From: Promethearchaeota archaeon
GTDB taxonomy: Archaea; Asgardarchaeota; Heimdallarchaeia; Hodarchaeales; Hodarchaeaceae
DNA length: 64,000 bases
NCBI GenBank assembly: GCA_048938105.1
Contig: JBHLMN010000009.1
Span: forward strand, 128,001 to 192,000
Direction of reading: 5' to 3'
Of this stretch, positions 18,749-29,019 are shown in pieces. The translations under genes were made by a program, and so were the position numbers. The notes under the pieces were generated by a model. The model was not told the origin of the DNA. It saw only the letters and a program-made list of their open reading frames with translations, and made no database searches. Every line of letters starts with the position of its first letter. Position 1 is the stretch's first letter.

Positions 18749-20032
18749 ATGGTTAAACTTAATGTTGTAAATGTTGGGAAGATCGAAGGTCGTGCATATT
18801 TACATCCGTCTGACATTAGTAGCGTTGGTGTTGAAGAATTTGATTTTGTTAAGATTTCAACAGAATGGGAGGATTGGGGGGCAGTTCAAATCCTATCATC
18901 TGATGAAGTTAGTAAGGGAACAATTGCTGTTGATGATAGTGTGTTAAATTCAGCTAATATTTCGGACGGAGACGTATGTGAAGTAGAACCTGCAAAAATC
19001 GCTGCAGGTATTAAATCAATTAAACTTGGGATTGAACCATTAGCAGGCCAAGAAGTCGAGGAAGCAATCTTATGGATTGCTACTGAATTTGAAGAATTAT
19101 CAAATATTCTTCGAAATCGGCCTGTATTTTCAGGATTACAAATTGCTTGGGAAGACTGTCCTATAGGTAGCATAACAGTCAGATTTATGGGCTCGGAACC
19201 AGCCATCCAAGAAAATGAGATTGGTATTGTCGATCCTACTGGTCGTGAAGTTGAAATAAACATCATTCCATTTACTGAAATGAGCTTTAATGCCGTTTTA
19301 GTACTTGATGTTTCAGGTAGTATGCAAAAAAAGGATATGAAGGTAAAGAATATTAGTGGGGCTTTGGAAGGACTTAAAAAAGGTTTAGAGGAGACCGGCG
19401 AACTAAATACATTTATTGAAAGGTTTGTAGATGGAAAAAAGGTGTCTCGCGTTGATGCCGCGGCCATGGCAATTATGTTATTCATGAGCCTGAAGATAGC
19501 AAAAGGGTGGGGTGAACAAGTCCAGCTTATAACCTTCTCTGGGGATGTGGAAAAATTCACTCTGGGTGATTCACAAGTGATTTCTTGTGTTGGTGAAACC
19601 AAAAAAGCTGGAATTGAAAGCATTATCGGTCACGTCGTCCAAAAAACCGAAGAAAGTTCAGGGCTTACATTTCTCAGTGGAGCTCTTGATGAAGCATATA
19701 GCAGTATTGAGAATTTTGATGAAAATCCCACCATTAACAAGCGAAATCCAACGATGATCATTGTACTTACCGACGGTAACCCAAATAAAGGCAATGGCCT
19801 AGGAGTAAATCCAATTCCCGTGGTTAGAAAGAAGGTTGAGGAAAATCCTGAAGCTGTTCTGTATGCAATCGGACTAGGAGAAGCTGATAGGCTGATGCTT
19901 CGTCGTGTTGGAGAAATTGGCCGAGGGGGATCATTGATGGCAGATGATCTCGAGACACTCATTGATTTTTACGATTCATTAGCTCAGAATTTCCAAATGG
20001 TAGTTAAAATGAAGAAACAGGAAGTAGAGTAA
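18749..20032 (+). CDS. Cdc48/VAT N-domain-like region fused to a vWA domain
   Basis: N-terminal GRAYLHP..GV..FDFVKI..GTIAVD..NANISDGDVCEV resembles a double-psi barrel; MIDAS DVSGS, T, LTDG. Confidence 0.75.
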   Translation: MVKLNVVNVGKIEGRAYLHPSDISSVGVEEFDFVKISTEWEDWGAVQILSSDEVSKGTIAVDDSVLNSANISDGDVCEVEPAKIAAGIKSIKLGIEPLAGQEVEEAILWIATEFEELSNILRNRPVFSGLQIAWEDCPIGSITVRFMGSEPAIQENEIGIVDPTGREVEINIIPFTEMSFNAVLVLDVSGSMQKKDMKVKNISGALEGLKKGLEETGELNTFIERFVDGKKVSRVDAAAMAIMLFMSLKIAKGWGEQVQLITFSGDVEKFTLGDSQVISCVGETKKAGIESIIGHVVQKTEESSGLTFLSGALDEAYSSIENFDENPTINKRNPTMIIVLTDGNPNKGNGLGVNPIPVVRKKVEENPEAVLYAIGLGEADRLMLRRVGEIGRGGSLMADDLETLIDFYDSLAQNFQMVVKMKKQEVE

Positions 20033-20210
20033 AACAAACCTTATTATCTTCCTTTTTTTCAGTTATTTATCAATTCCTCTCTGATTATTAACAATGATTC
20101 CCCAGAATCATATACTCAAGTTCTTAAGATAATTATCTAAGTTATATTTTTATAGAATAGCAATAATAGCTTCCCTCCCATTCTGAAAAGGATTTTGGTC
20201 TTTACTATAG

Positions 20211-21740
20211 GTGGGATTAATGCCTCAATTTATAATACGCGAAATCACGATAGAACCAAAAGATATCGTTATAATCTCTCGAATTAATAACGAACACCTT
20301 GTTACACAGGCAAAATTTATTCTTTCTTTTGGTCAGAGAAAAATTACACCTGAGCAGGTACTTAAAGTAGAGAATTGGGTTGGAGAAGATGAAATAGGCC
20401 TATCACACTCTCTGATTAAGAGTCTAGGAGCTAGCGAAGGGGATGAAGTAGTTCTACAAACGCAAAGCCATTCTGCTTCAACAAGCTATTCTTTAATAAA
20501 ACAACGGATTTTACAACCAGGTAAAACATTCAATAAAGCTGAAATTGATCAAATTATCGGCGATATTACAAGCGGAACCCTCACTCCTTTAGAATCGTCA
20601 GTTTTTATAACATCACAGATGTTTCAAGAATGGAATATTTCTGAAATTGAATATTTGACCAAAGCTATTGCATGCTCAGGTCAAACAATAGATTGGAAAG
20701 ATCGTATTATTTTTGACAAGCATAGCTTAGGTGGTGTCCCAGGAAATAAAGTTTCTCTGTTGATTGTACCAATTATTGCTGCGGCTGGATTGACAATTCC
20801 CAAAACAAGTAGTCGTGCTATTACTAGTCCTTCTGGAACAGCGGACACAATGGAAGCTTTGGGTTGTGAGATTGAATTTTCTATTGATGAAATAGTTGAA
20901 ATCACTAGCCGTACTAATGGACTCATTGCTTGGACAGGAGGACTCAATATTGCCCCAGCTGATGAGAGGATTATAAGAGACGTCCAGTTTCCTTTAGGTA
21001 TTGATCCTGAGCCAATGATGATGGCATCAGTCCTTGCCAAAAAAGTTGCTATGGGTATACACTTTTTAGTGTTGGATATTCCAACTGGAATTGGGACTAA
21101 GGTTGAGAATATGAAATCGGGGAAAAGAATAGCGCATAGATTTGCGGAATTAGGCCAAAATCTTGGTATTCGAGTAGAAAGTGGAATAACTTATGGAAGT
21201 AGTCCTGTAGGTCATGCGATTGGTCCTGCTCTTGAAGCTCGTGAGGCATTAAATGCACTGATTAATCCTCAACTAGCCTCAGATTCGTTAATCGGAAAAA
21301 GTACCTCACTTGCAGGAATTCTTCTAGAAATGTCTGGTAAAGCGATTCGAGGTAGAGGTCAAGATTTGGCACTTGAAATAATAAATTCAGGTAAAGCGTA
21401 TAGAAAGTTCCAAGAAATCTTGGAGGCACAAAATGCAGATCCTAAGATCCAACCAGAAGATATTGAGGTGGGGGAATGTATGTACGAATATATCGCTCCT
21501 CAAAGCGGTTGGATTGTGGAGATTAACAACAACGTTATTTCAAGAGCAACACATGCAGCTGGAGCCCCAATGGATAAGGGTGCTGGGATTCAATTTCTCA
21601 AAAAGAAAGATTCTGTTAAAAGAGGAGAAGTTATATTTCAGTTATATGCTCCTAATGAACAAAAATTACGAGCAGCGGAATCGGAATTAGTAAAAAATGT
21701 TCCTTTTATAATCGAAGGCATGTTACTTGCTCGTGAATAA
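20211..21740 (+). CDS. deoA: AMP phosphorylase (archaeal nucleoside monophosphate phosphorylase)
   Basis: DKHSLGGVPGNK, IPKTSSRAITSPSGTAD, GPALEAREAL; about 500 aa with N-terminal extension. Confidence 0.92.
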   Translation: MGLMPQFIIREITIEPKDIVIISRINNEHLVTQAKFILSFGQRKITPEQVLKVENWVGEDEIGLSHSLIKSLGASEGDEVVLQTQSHSASTSYSLIKQRILQPGKTFNKAEIDQIIGDITSGTLTPLESSVFITSQMFQEWNISEIEYLTKAIACSGQTIDWKDRIIFDKHSLGGVPGNKVSLLIVPIIAAAGLTIPKTSSRAITSPSGTADTMEALGCEIEFSIDEIVEITSRTNGLIAWTGGLNIAPADERIIRDVQFPLGIDPEPMMMASVLAKKVAMGIHFLVLDIPTGIGTKVENMKSGKRIAHRFAELGQNLGIRVESGITYGSSPVGHAIGPALEAREALNALINPQLASDSLIGKSTSLAGILLEMSGKAIRGRGQDLALEIINSGKAYRKFQEILEAQNADPKIQPEDIEVGECMYEYIAPQSGWIVEINNNVISRATHAAGAPMDKGAGIQFLKKKDSVKRGEVIFQLYAPNEQKLRAAESELVKNVPFIIEGMLLARE

Positions 21741-21797
21741 TCTACATTTAATATAATAACTTGATGTGTCCAAACTGTGCGTGTAGGCTAGGTAATT

Positions 21798-22181
21798 GTG
21801 TCAGATCTTCAATTATTACTAACAAGATTCATTCAATACTGTAATGAACTTGGGAATGATGCTCTTTTCATCGTAGAGGGAAAAAATGATACTAAAGCGC
21901 TACGATCATTGGGTCTTATGGGACGAATTATAGAAAAAGGAGTGTTACCTCTGAATGAATTAACTGATCTTGTTTTCCATGCTCCTATTATCGTGATTTT
22001 AACAGACTTCGACCGAAAAGGAAAACATTTGAGAAAAATAATTATAAAAGAGGTTCAACATAGACAAAAGCATGGGAAAATTGATAATTACGCTAGGCAA
22101 TTACTTTATAGATTCTGTAGAGCTTATCGAATAACAGAAATTGAAAATCTAGATCGATTTGCTTTTAATATTCAGGATTAA
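21798..22181 (+). CDS. Small standalone Toprim-domain protein
   Basis: IVEGKND..ALR.LG and ILTDFDRKG. Confidence 0.85.
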   Translation: MSDLQLLLTRFIQYCNELGNDALFIVEGKNDTKALRSLGLMGRIIEKGVLPLNELTDLVFHAPIIVILTDFDRKGKHLRKIIIKEVQHRQKHGKIDNYARQLLYRFCRAYRITEIENLDRFAFNIQD

Positions 22182-22333
22182 CACTAAACAGCTTTCTTAA
22201 CAAGTCTATTGAAAAGGACATAAATGCTATTAATTGTATTCGCTGCACTTGAATCTAAACACTATTTTGTTTATACTCCTAGTAATGCGTTCAAAAAATC
22301 CTTATTTGTTATTAAACTCATCAGGTGTAAATA

Positions 22334-23410
22334 ATGCAGGCAATTATGAAGGTAAAAGAGGAAAAAGGGTTTGAAATTCGAGAAGTTCCCGAACCTGAGA
22401 TAACACATACGAATGAAGTTAAAATTAAAGTTGATGTTGCTTCCATTTGTGGTACAGATCATCATATGTGGGATTACGACCAATGGGCTCAAAAACGCTT
22501 ACCTCCAGCTATCCCATTTATCGCTGGTCACGAATTAGGAGGAGAAGTTATCGAAATCGGTACTGATGTCAAGAATCTTCAGATTGGGGACAAAGTTTCA
22601 CTTGAGTGTCATGAGGCTTGTGGTACCTGTTATCAATGTCGAAGTGATCGTATGCACATCTGTCGGTACACTAAGATTTTTGGTGTTGACAAAGATGGGA
22701 TATTCACAGAGTTTGCTGTTGTCCCCGAACTCAATTTAGTAAAAAATGATGCTAATCTTGATCCCGCTCTCGCTTCTCTTCAAGATCCCCTAGGAAATGC
22801 TGTCCATACAGTTTTTCCCAAGAATTTAACTGAAGACGAAGGGATTGCTGGGAAAAATATCTTTATAACTGGTTGTGGACCAATAGGTTTAATGGCCATT
22901 CCAGTTGTACAATCATTTGGAGCAGCCCAAGTCTTTGCTAGTGGTGGAGGTCGAAATTTACTAAGGCTCGAAATGGCGAAAAAATTAGGAGCAGATATGG
23001 TTCTTAATGCTCGTGAAGAAAAGAATATTCCTAAAATCATCAAGGATGCAACTGATGGAAATGGTGTTGACATCCTCTTAGAGATGTCTGGTAATGTTAA
23101 CGCTTTACGTCAAGGTTTGGAATCATTAACATTAGGCGGACGTGTCTCCTTATTAGGCTTCTTCCCTGGCCCAATCGAATTTGATATAAATTCACTAATG
23201 ATTAGTAAAGGTGCTAGTATATATGGGATCGCTGGCCGCCGGATGTTTGAGACGTGGCAAGTTATGGGGGGTATTTTAAAATCTAAAGAATTTCAGAATC
23301 AATTAAAGAAGTTAATAACACATCGTGTTAATATGGCTGATTGGGAAAAAGGAATGATCGAGATCCATGAGAAGAGAGCTGTGAAAGTTGTTATGGATCC
23401 GTTCAAATGA
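22334..23410 (+). CDS. tdh: L-threonine 3-dehydrogenase (Zn-dependent medium-chain dehydrogenase)
   Basis: SICGTDHH, GHE, CGTCYQC..C, DPLGNAVHT, GCGPIG, GRRMFETW. Confidence 0.88.
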   Translation: MQAIMKVKEEKGFEIREVPEPEITHTNEVKIKVDVASICGTDHHMWDYDQWAQKRLPPAIPFIAGHELGGEVIEIGTDVKNLQIGDKVSLECHEACGTCYQCRSDRMHICRYTKIFGVDKDGIFTEFAVVPELNLVKNDANLDPALASLQDPLGNAVHTVFPKNLTEDEGIAGKNIFITGCGPIGLMAIPVVQSFGAAQVFASGGGRNLLRLEMAKKLGADMVLNAREEKNIPKIIKDATDGNGVDILLEMSGNVNALRQGLESLTLGGRVSLLGFFPGPIEFDINSLMISKGASIYGIAGRRMFETWQVMGGILKSKEFQNQLKKLITHRVNMADWEKGMIEIHEKRAVKVVMDPFK

Positions 23411-23420
23411 TTCTCAGAGT

Positions 23421-23738
23421 TTATTTTCCTAAAAATCGCCTTAATAACCCCTTCTTCTTGAAATGTTTATGCCATTGCCGTAGTATTTCATCGCTACAAT
23501 CATAAGGGCCAGTTAACGCATAGAATTCAATTCCTGTATTCACGGCGAGTTTTCTTAAGTATTCACGATCGAGTTGAGATTCATTTATTTCAATAGTTTT
23601 TAATTTCCTTCCAACGTTGAAAAAAGTTAAGCGATAACCCTCTTTGGTTCTTTGCATCTCACAATAGTGATTTCTACTTGAGGGAACCTGGAATCTAATT
23701 TTTTGGTTATTGGGTACCACAAAATCACAGCAAACCAA
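23421..23738 (-). CDS. Hypothetical protein
   Basis: 105-aa ORF filling the gap between tdh and the solenoid gene; start uncertain. Confidence 0.5.
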   Translation of the reverse strand: MVCCDFVVPNNQKIRFQVPSSRNHYCEMQRTKEGYRLTFFNVGRKLKTIEINESQLDREYLRKLAVNTGIEFYALTGPYDCSDEILRQWHKHFKKKGLLRRFLGK

Positions 23739-23922
23739 TTAATCTATAAATTTTTACCTATTTTACACGCTTTAGCTAGTAAAACATCCATTTTGAATGT
23801 TATTTTTATGTTCGATAACAATAAAAAATAACTACTTAGCTTTCATAACAATGAAAGTATTAGCTCCTTCAATAATTAATTAACCTTAGAGGGAATTAAT
23901 CCGCCTATGGGTGGCATAAGGA

Positions 23923-26900
23923 ATGTCAGAAATTCAAAAAGAGCTATCAAAAGCTAAAACAAATGAAGATGAAGGGAATTTTGAGAAAGCTGCTCAAAAC
24001 TACTTCAAGGCAGCTAAGCTGACAAATGATCTCAAACTTTACAATAAAGCCTTTTTTACTGCGAGAAAATCTGGTAGTACCAATCTAATGTTCCAAACAG
24101 GAAAAAACTACTACGATATATTAGATCAAGAGGATCAAGAGGAGAAGATTAAAGAATTAATTCCAACGTTCTTGGAAGTTTCGGGTCGTGAACGAGATCG
24201 TTTGTCTGAATCCCCAGAGGAAATGATTGAGGTTCTAGATTGGACTACTAAATTGTATCAACTAGTAGGAAAAACAGATGCTGCTTATGATATCTCTTTA
24301 CAAACTGGAGACTCTTATTTTTCTTATGGGCAGCACCTCTTAACTACAAAAGCGAGATTAGGCAAGGAAGAAAAATGGCAAAGAGGATTAGAGCTATTTG
24401 AAAAAGCTGTGGAAGCTTTTCAGAAGATAAGGTTAGATAGGCAATCGCTTGAGAAAATTCTTGAAGTTAAGCTTGATAAAATAAGCAAATTAATCGACAT
24501 TAATCGTCATGTGGAGGGGATTGAAGAGACTTCAACTTTAATGGAATTTTATAGATCTCAAGCAGCAGAAATTGTTCCGTATTCCCATGAAGTTTTGTCC
24601 CTAAAGATTGCTGAAACTTTAGCGGATAAAAGTCTTGTTGCTGCCCGAGATAAACAATTTACTATTGCAGATGTGTTAATGAAGTCAGCAAAGGCAGGTT
24701 ATGAGAATGCAGGGGAGTTTATTAAAGTAGCTCCTTATTTGTGGCAGTTAGCAGTAATTTATGATGAATTTGATCAAAAAGAACTCTTTTTCTCTCTTGT
24801 AGACACAACTTATGACACAGTTTTGAAGTATGAGGATGAATCAATCCAACAAACGATTTTAAATTATCTAGACAATCAAGCAAAAAGCATTTGCTCAAAA
24901 ATCATCAATTCTCGTCTTCTAATGGTTAAGAAAGGCCCAATAGAATTCCAAAACAATGATGGTGTGCAGTATTTATTAAAAAGTATAGATTTGGCTAAAA
25001 AAATTAATAATGTTGACATTCCTGACAAAGCACTTGAATTTCTCTTTCAATATGCGCAAACCATGTATGACAAGAAATTAACAAAGCGTTCTCTTCCTTA
25101 CTTAGAATTTTGCGCTCAAAACTGGTGGACCTTACCAGAAAGATCAAATAAGACACATGAAATCATTGCCTACCTAGAATCAAAATTTGGGAATTTAATC
25201 ACCGAGGGTAAATTTAATAAAGCATCAAGGCACCTTAGATGCATAATTTCGATTAAAATCTTTATGGAGGATTTTGAAAGTGCTGGAACTTCCGCCTATT
25301 CATTTGCTCAATCAGCAGGCCAGCAAGGAAAACAAGAGATAGAATTGGAATTTCTAGAACAGGCTTATGATGCTTTTAATTCTGTAAAAGCAACAAAGAA
25401 TTTACAGGATATGCTTAACTATGTTAACCAACAGATGGAACCACTTTTTAATTTGGATTCCAAATCACAAGAACCCAGAGAGAGTTTCATTCATTTAGGA
25501 GAATTAATTGCTGCAGCAATATCAGAAGAAACTCAAGGAGATTTTTTTCAGGGCACTGCCATAAAAGCTCTCAATTCTGGGTTAATTGACTTAGGAATCA
25601 GCTTTACTGATAAAACATTTGAAGTTCTGAAGACTTATGATCAACATGCTGCTGCTGATTTCTACTTCAATGTGGGCTCTATTCTGTTAGAAACTGATAT
25701 GGAAAAAGCATTTAATTTTATTTCAAAATCAACGGAATTTGCAACAAAATATGAACCCCTAAAGGATCTTGTAGATCGTAATCTTGATTATATCCAAAAT
25801 AATGCACTTACAAGTACTGATCTATCTGTTAAAATATTTTTAGTAAAGAAATTGGAACTTCTCTATGAAATAGTTGAGAGAGGTGATGTATTCAATGAAT
25901 TCCTTTTCATATTAGCTCAAAACCTCTCTGAAAATACAAAACAACCAAATTACTTCACTGAAATGAAGAATTATCTCTCTAAGTCTTTTTACGGTTTCCA
26001 TACTCAAGACCCTAATCATCCAAAACTCTCTGAGATCATTACATGGACAAATAATCACATTCTTGAAGCATATACGGATACAGAACATACTCAAATGTAT
26101 GAGCTTGCTATCCAAAATTTAGCATTTCATAAAGAATTGAACCAAATCCAAGAATATATTAATTTCTTTTGGGACCTTTTTAATAAGTTTGTATCAACTG
26201 AGGATTTCCCTCACGCAGTTGCTTATTTCAAACAGTTATATGAAACCCTTGATCAGTTAGAGCAACACACTGAAATTAAAAAGGAAATCACAGAGCAAGT
26301 AGCATCAAGTATAGATCGAGGTATCAAACCACGGATAGCTGATGAAAAATTTGATGAAGCTTGGCCTATCATTGAAGGATTATTCTCAATACTTGAGGAA
26401 GTAAATTCACATTCAGAAGCGATAAACCTTTATCAAACCAATGCTCAACTTTTTGCACCTCATCGCTTAGATCTAGCTTTAACTATGTGGAGTCAAGCTA
26501 TTAACAAAGCTAAGACAATTAACGATACTGATGACATAACCACTATTACAAAGGTTATTATTGATGATATTATACCAATTTATCTTGAAAGAGGAATTCC
26601 ACGGGCAGTAAACCAATTGTATTCCCAGGCTGCTTCTGCTTTCAATGCCTTAGGAAATAGCGCTGCTATGCTAGAAGCCATGCTAAATGTAACTAGGTAT
26701 AACTTATCTTTAAGTGATTTTGAAGCTGTTCATCAACTTGGGAAAAAAGGATTTGATTTAGCCACTAAATTTAAACTTGATGAACCACTGTTTGAATTCG
26801 CCAATATGTTTTTTGCAGTGGGCAGCGGCTTGTTAGTAGAAGATCCTGAGACTGGAGTCGAGTTGATAAAAACTGCTTCAGATTACTTAAGAGATTATGG

Positions 26901-27408
26901 ACCATCTGGTTATGATCATTATTGTATAAAGATGGCAGAAATTTACGAGGAATTATATAACACTCCCTTGACGCAACAAGTAGCGCAAAATGAACGAGAG
27001 AAGATATTACAGCATTTTAAGGATTCAGGAAAAAAGAAAGAAGAAGGACGTTTTCTCGTGAAGAGTGCAAATTTAAGTTTTCAAGCTGGTAATATAAATG
27101 AGGGATTAAACCTAATTTCTCAGGCTACAGGTATCTTAAAGGAGCTAGAAGATGAGGATGGCTTAAGTGAGATAGTAAGTACTTGTCTAAAAACAGCTGC
27201 AAACTATCGTGTTGGAACAGACGAGTATATAGCCCTTTCTCGTCATGCTGCCAGTGTTCAAGAGACAGCGACAGTTAAGATTTCTAAAGAAAAAACACAG
27301 GAAGCATTTACAGATCTTTTTGATGGATTATTAGATGATATGACAAGTCTAATGGATCCAAAAGAACGAGAAAAAAGAGAGAAGGAGAAGAAACGGAAAA
27401 GAAGATAA
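23923..27408 (+). CDS. Large alpha-solenoid (TPR/SNAP-like repeat) protein
   Basis: 1161 aa, apparently all-helical; repeats such as GNFEKAAQNYFKAA and AKAGYENAG; basic C-terminal tail. Confidence 0.7.
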   Translation: MSEIQKELSKAKTNEDEGNFEKAAQNYFKAAKLTNDLKLYNKAFFTARKSGSTNLMFQTGKNYYDILDQEDQEEKIKELIPTFLEVSGRERDRLSESPEEMIEVLDWTTKLYQLVGKTDAAYDISLQTGDSYFSYGQHLLTTKARLGKEEKWQRGLELFEKAVEAFQKIRLDRQSLEKILEVKLDKISKLIDINRHVEGIEETSTLMEFYRSQAAEIVPYSHEVLSLKIAETLADKSLVAARDKQFTIADVLMKSAKAGYENAGEFIKVAPYLWQLAVIYDEFDQKELFFSLVDTTYDTVLKYEDESIQQTILNYLDNQAKSICSKIINSRLLMVKKGPIEFQNNDGVQYLLKSIDLAKKINNVDIPDKALEFLFQYAQTMYDKKLTKRSLPYLEFCAQNWWTLPERSNKTHEIIAYLESKFGNLITEGKFNKASRHLRCIISIKIFMEDFESAGTSAYSFAQSAGQQGKQEIELEFLEQAYDAFNSVKATKNLQDMLNYVNQQMEPLFNLDSKSQEPRESFIHLGELIAAAISEETQGDFFQGTAIKALNSGLIDLGISFTDKTFEVLKTYDQHAAADFYFNVGSILLETDMEKAFNFISKSTEFATKYEPLKDLVDRNLDYIQNNALTSTDLSVKIFLVKKLELLYEIVERGDVFNEFLFILAQNLSENTKQPNYFTEMKNYLSKSFYGFHTQDPNHPKLSEIITWTNNHILEAYTDTEHTQMYELAIQNLAFHKELNQIQEYINFFWDLFNKFVSTEDFPHAVAYFKQLYETLDQLEQHTEIKKEITEQVASSIDRGIKPRIADEKFDEAWPIIEGLFSILEEVNSHSEAINLYQTNAQLFAPHRLDLALTMWSQAINKAKTINDTDDITTITKVIIDDIIPIYLERGIPRAVNQLYSQAASAFNALGNSAAMLEAMLNVTRYNLSLSDFEAVHQLGKKGFDLATKFKLDEPLFEFANMFFAVGSGLLVEDPETGVELIKTASDYLRDYGPSGYDHYCIKMAEIYEELYNTPLTQQVAQNEREKILQHFKDSGKKKEEGRFLVKSANLSFQAGNINEGLNLISQATGILKELEDEDGLSEIVSTCLKTAANYRVGTDEYIALSRHAASVQETATVKISKEKTQEAFTDLFDGLLDDMTSLMDPKEREKREKEKKRKRR

Positions 27409-27532
27409 TAAGACCTAATTCAGCTCTCTCTGGATCTCTTACGACATGTGTTGTTTTTGGCACAACAATTCTTACAGTAATTTTATTAATTCATAAGGAA
27501 ATATTACGATCTACTTTATTATTTCTGTAGAT

Positions 27533-28987
27533 GTGTTTCAAATGAAAACTTCAGCCTATAAACCAGCCCGATTTCAAGCATTTAGTTGGTCCATCGCACG
27601 ATTTGGCGATTCAATTATGGGTAATGTTCTTTCTATTTTTGTGATCTTATTTTATTTACAAGAAGTATTAACTCGACCATCAAATTTTGATGCTCTTTTT
27701 GTCACAATAATTACTTTCTCAGCAAAACTATCTGAAGGTCTCATGAACGTACCAGTTGCTCGCATTTCAGACAATATACGCACAAGGTGGGGTAGGAGAC
27801 GCCCTTTTCTTCTTCTCGCTCCTTTGTGGAGTCTTTTCTTCATTCTTGTCTTTTGGTGTCCTTTTAAAGAAGATCAAATCCTTTTGGTTCTAGTTTGGCT
27901 ATTAATCACCTACGGTGGATTTCGATGGAGTAATGCTGCAGTTATTAATCCACATCTAGCATTACTTCCAGAGATTGCTCCTGAAAAGCATCAACGAACA
28001 AATTATCAAGCATATAAATCTTTTTTTCAACTTATAGGCACAATACTCGGTGTACTAATTTTCCCTATCCTTAGGAGCTTCATTGCATCCAATTTTTTGA
28101 TCAACGATCGTACTACTGCGGGTATAGCTGCGATTCCACTTGGAATCGTAGCATTTCTAGGGATGATGGTGACTTTCTTCGGTGTCCGAGAAAATGAAAA
28201 TGCTAGTTTAACCTATTTTGGTACAATTGAATCATTCAAAGCCACTTTTAAAAATGCGACTTTTTTTCCTAGCTACTTAGCAACGGCAGCAACAGTAATG
28301 TTAGCAGAAGCTATGTTACTTGCTGCCATTCCAATGATTGGAGTAAACATCATTGGTTTAAACCCAGATGATATAATGGTTTCTCTTTTGTCTGGTTTAT
28401 TTGTTATAACTGCAATTGCTGTGATTCCTTTTATTGTTTATTTTTCAAAACGAATGGGAAAAGCACGGCTATACTACTATTGTTTTCTCTTCTTTGGTAT
28501 ACTTTCTTGGTTAACTGTTTTAATTGGTCAAATACCATTCATCACTCCCATTAATACTGTCGAATTTCTTCCTGAATTAGTTGTTAGCCCAGATTGGCAA
28601 AGTTTTGTTATAATCCAAACCCTCTTGACTGTAATTCTAGTTGGAATCCCTGTTGGTGGCGTGATTGTCCTCCAATATTCAGTCTTTGCTGACGTGATCG
28701 ATGTTGATGAAGAATTAACAGGACAACGAAGAGAATCTATGTATTTTGCATCACAGGGGGTTGTTGATTGGTTTTTCGCCGCTTGTGGGGATTTAATGCT
28801 TGGTATCCTCCTCTTTCTTTTTGGTAGAGAATATTACTCCCCTAGTTTTGAAACAGAGGCTGGAATATTGGGTACAGGACCTTTAGGCCTGTTATTGGTA
28901 GGACCAGTGGCAGGAACAACTTTGATCTTAGGAGCTTTACTCTTTCGTCGCTATCCTTTGATGGAAGGGAAGGGGAATTTAAACTGA
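27533..28987 (+). CDS. MFS transporter, GPH (MelB-like) family
   Basis: SDNIRTRWGRRRPF, ADVIDVDEELTGQRRESMYF, about 12 TM segments. Confidence 0.9.
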   Translation: MFQMKTSAYKPARFQAFSWSIARFGDSIMGNVLSIFVILFYLQEVLTRPSNFDALFVTIITFSAKLSEGLMNVPVARISDNIRTRWGRRRPFLLLAPLWSLFFILVFWCPFKEDQILLVLVWLLITYGGFRWSNAAVINPHLALLPEIAPEKHQRTNYQAYKSFFQLIGTILGVLIFPILRSFIASNFLINDRTTAGIAAIPLGIVAFLGMMVTFFGVRENENASLTYFGTIESFKATFKNATFFPSYLATAATVMLAEAMLLAAIPMIGVNIIGLNPDDIMVSLLSGLFVITAIAVIPFIVYFSKRMGKARLYYYCFLFFGILSWLTVLIGQIPFITPINTVEFLPELVVSPDWQSFVIIQTLLTVILVGIPVGGVIVLQYSVFADVIDVDEELTGQRRESMYFASQGVVDWFFAACGDLMLGILLFLFGREYYSPSFETEAGILGTGPLGLLLVGPVAGTTLILGALLFRRYPLMEGKGNLN

Positions 28988-29019
28988 GAAAACATAAGAA
29001 AATTCTCAAGCATCTCAAA

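Noticed and set aside
18886-19962. Long antisense ORFs (245 and 110 aa) opposite the vWA gene
   Set aside because: Codon-mirror shadows with Ser/Ile/Phe-rich composition and no motifs. The same applies to the other short antisense or overlapping track ORFs.
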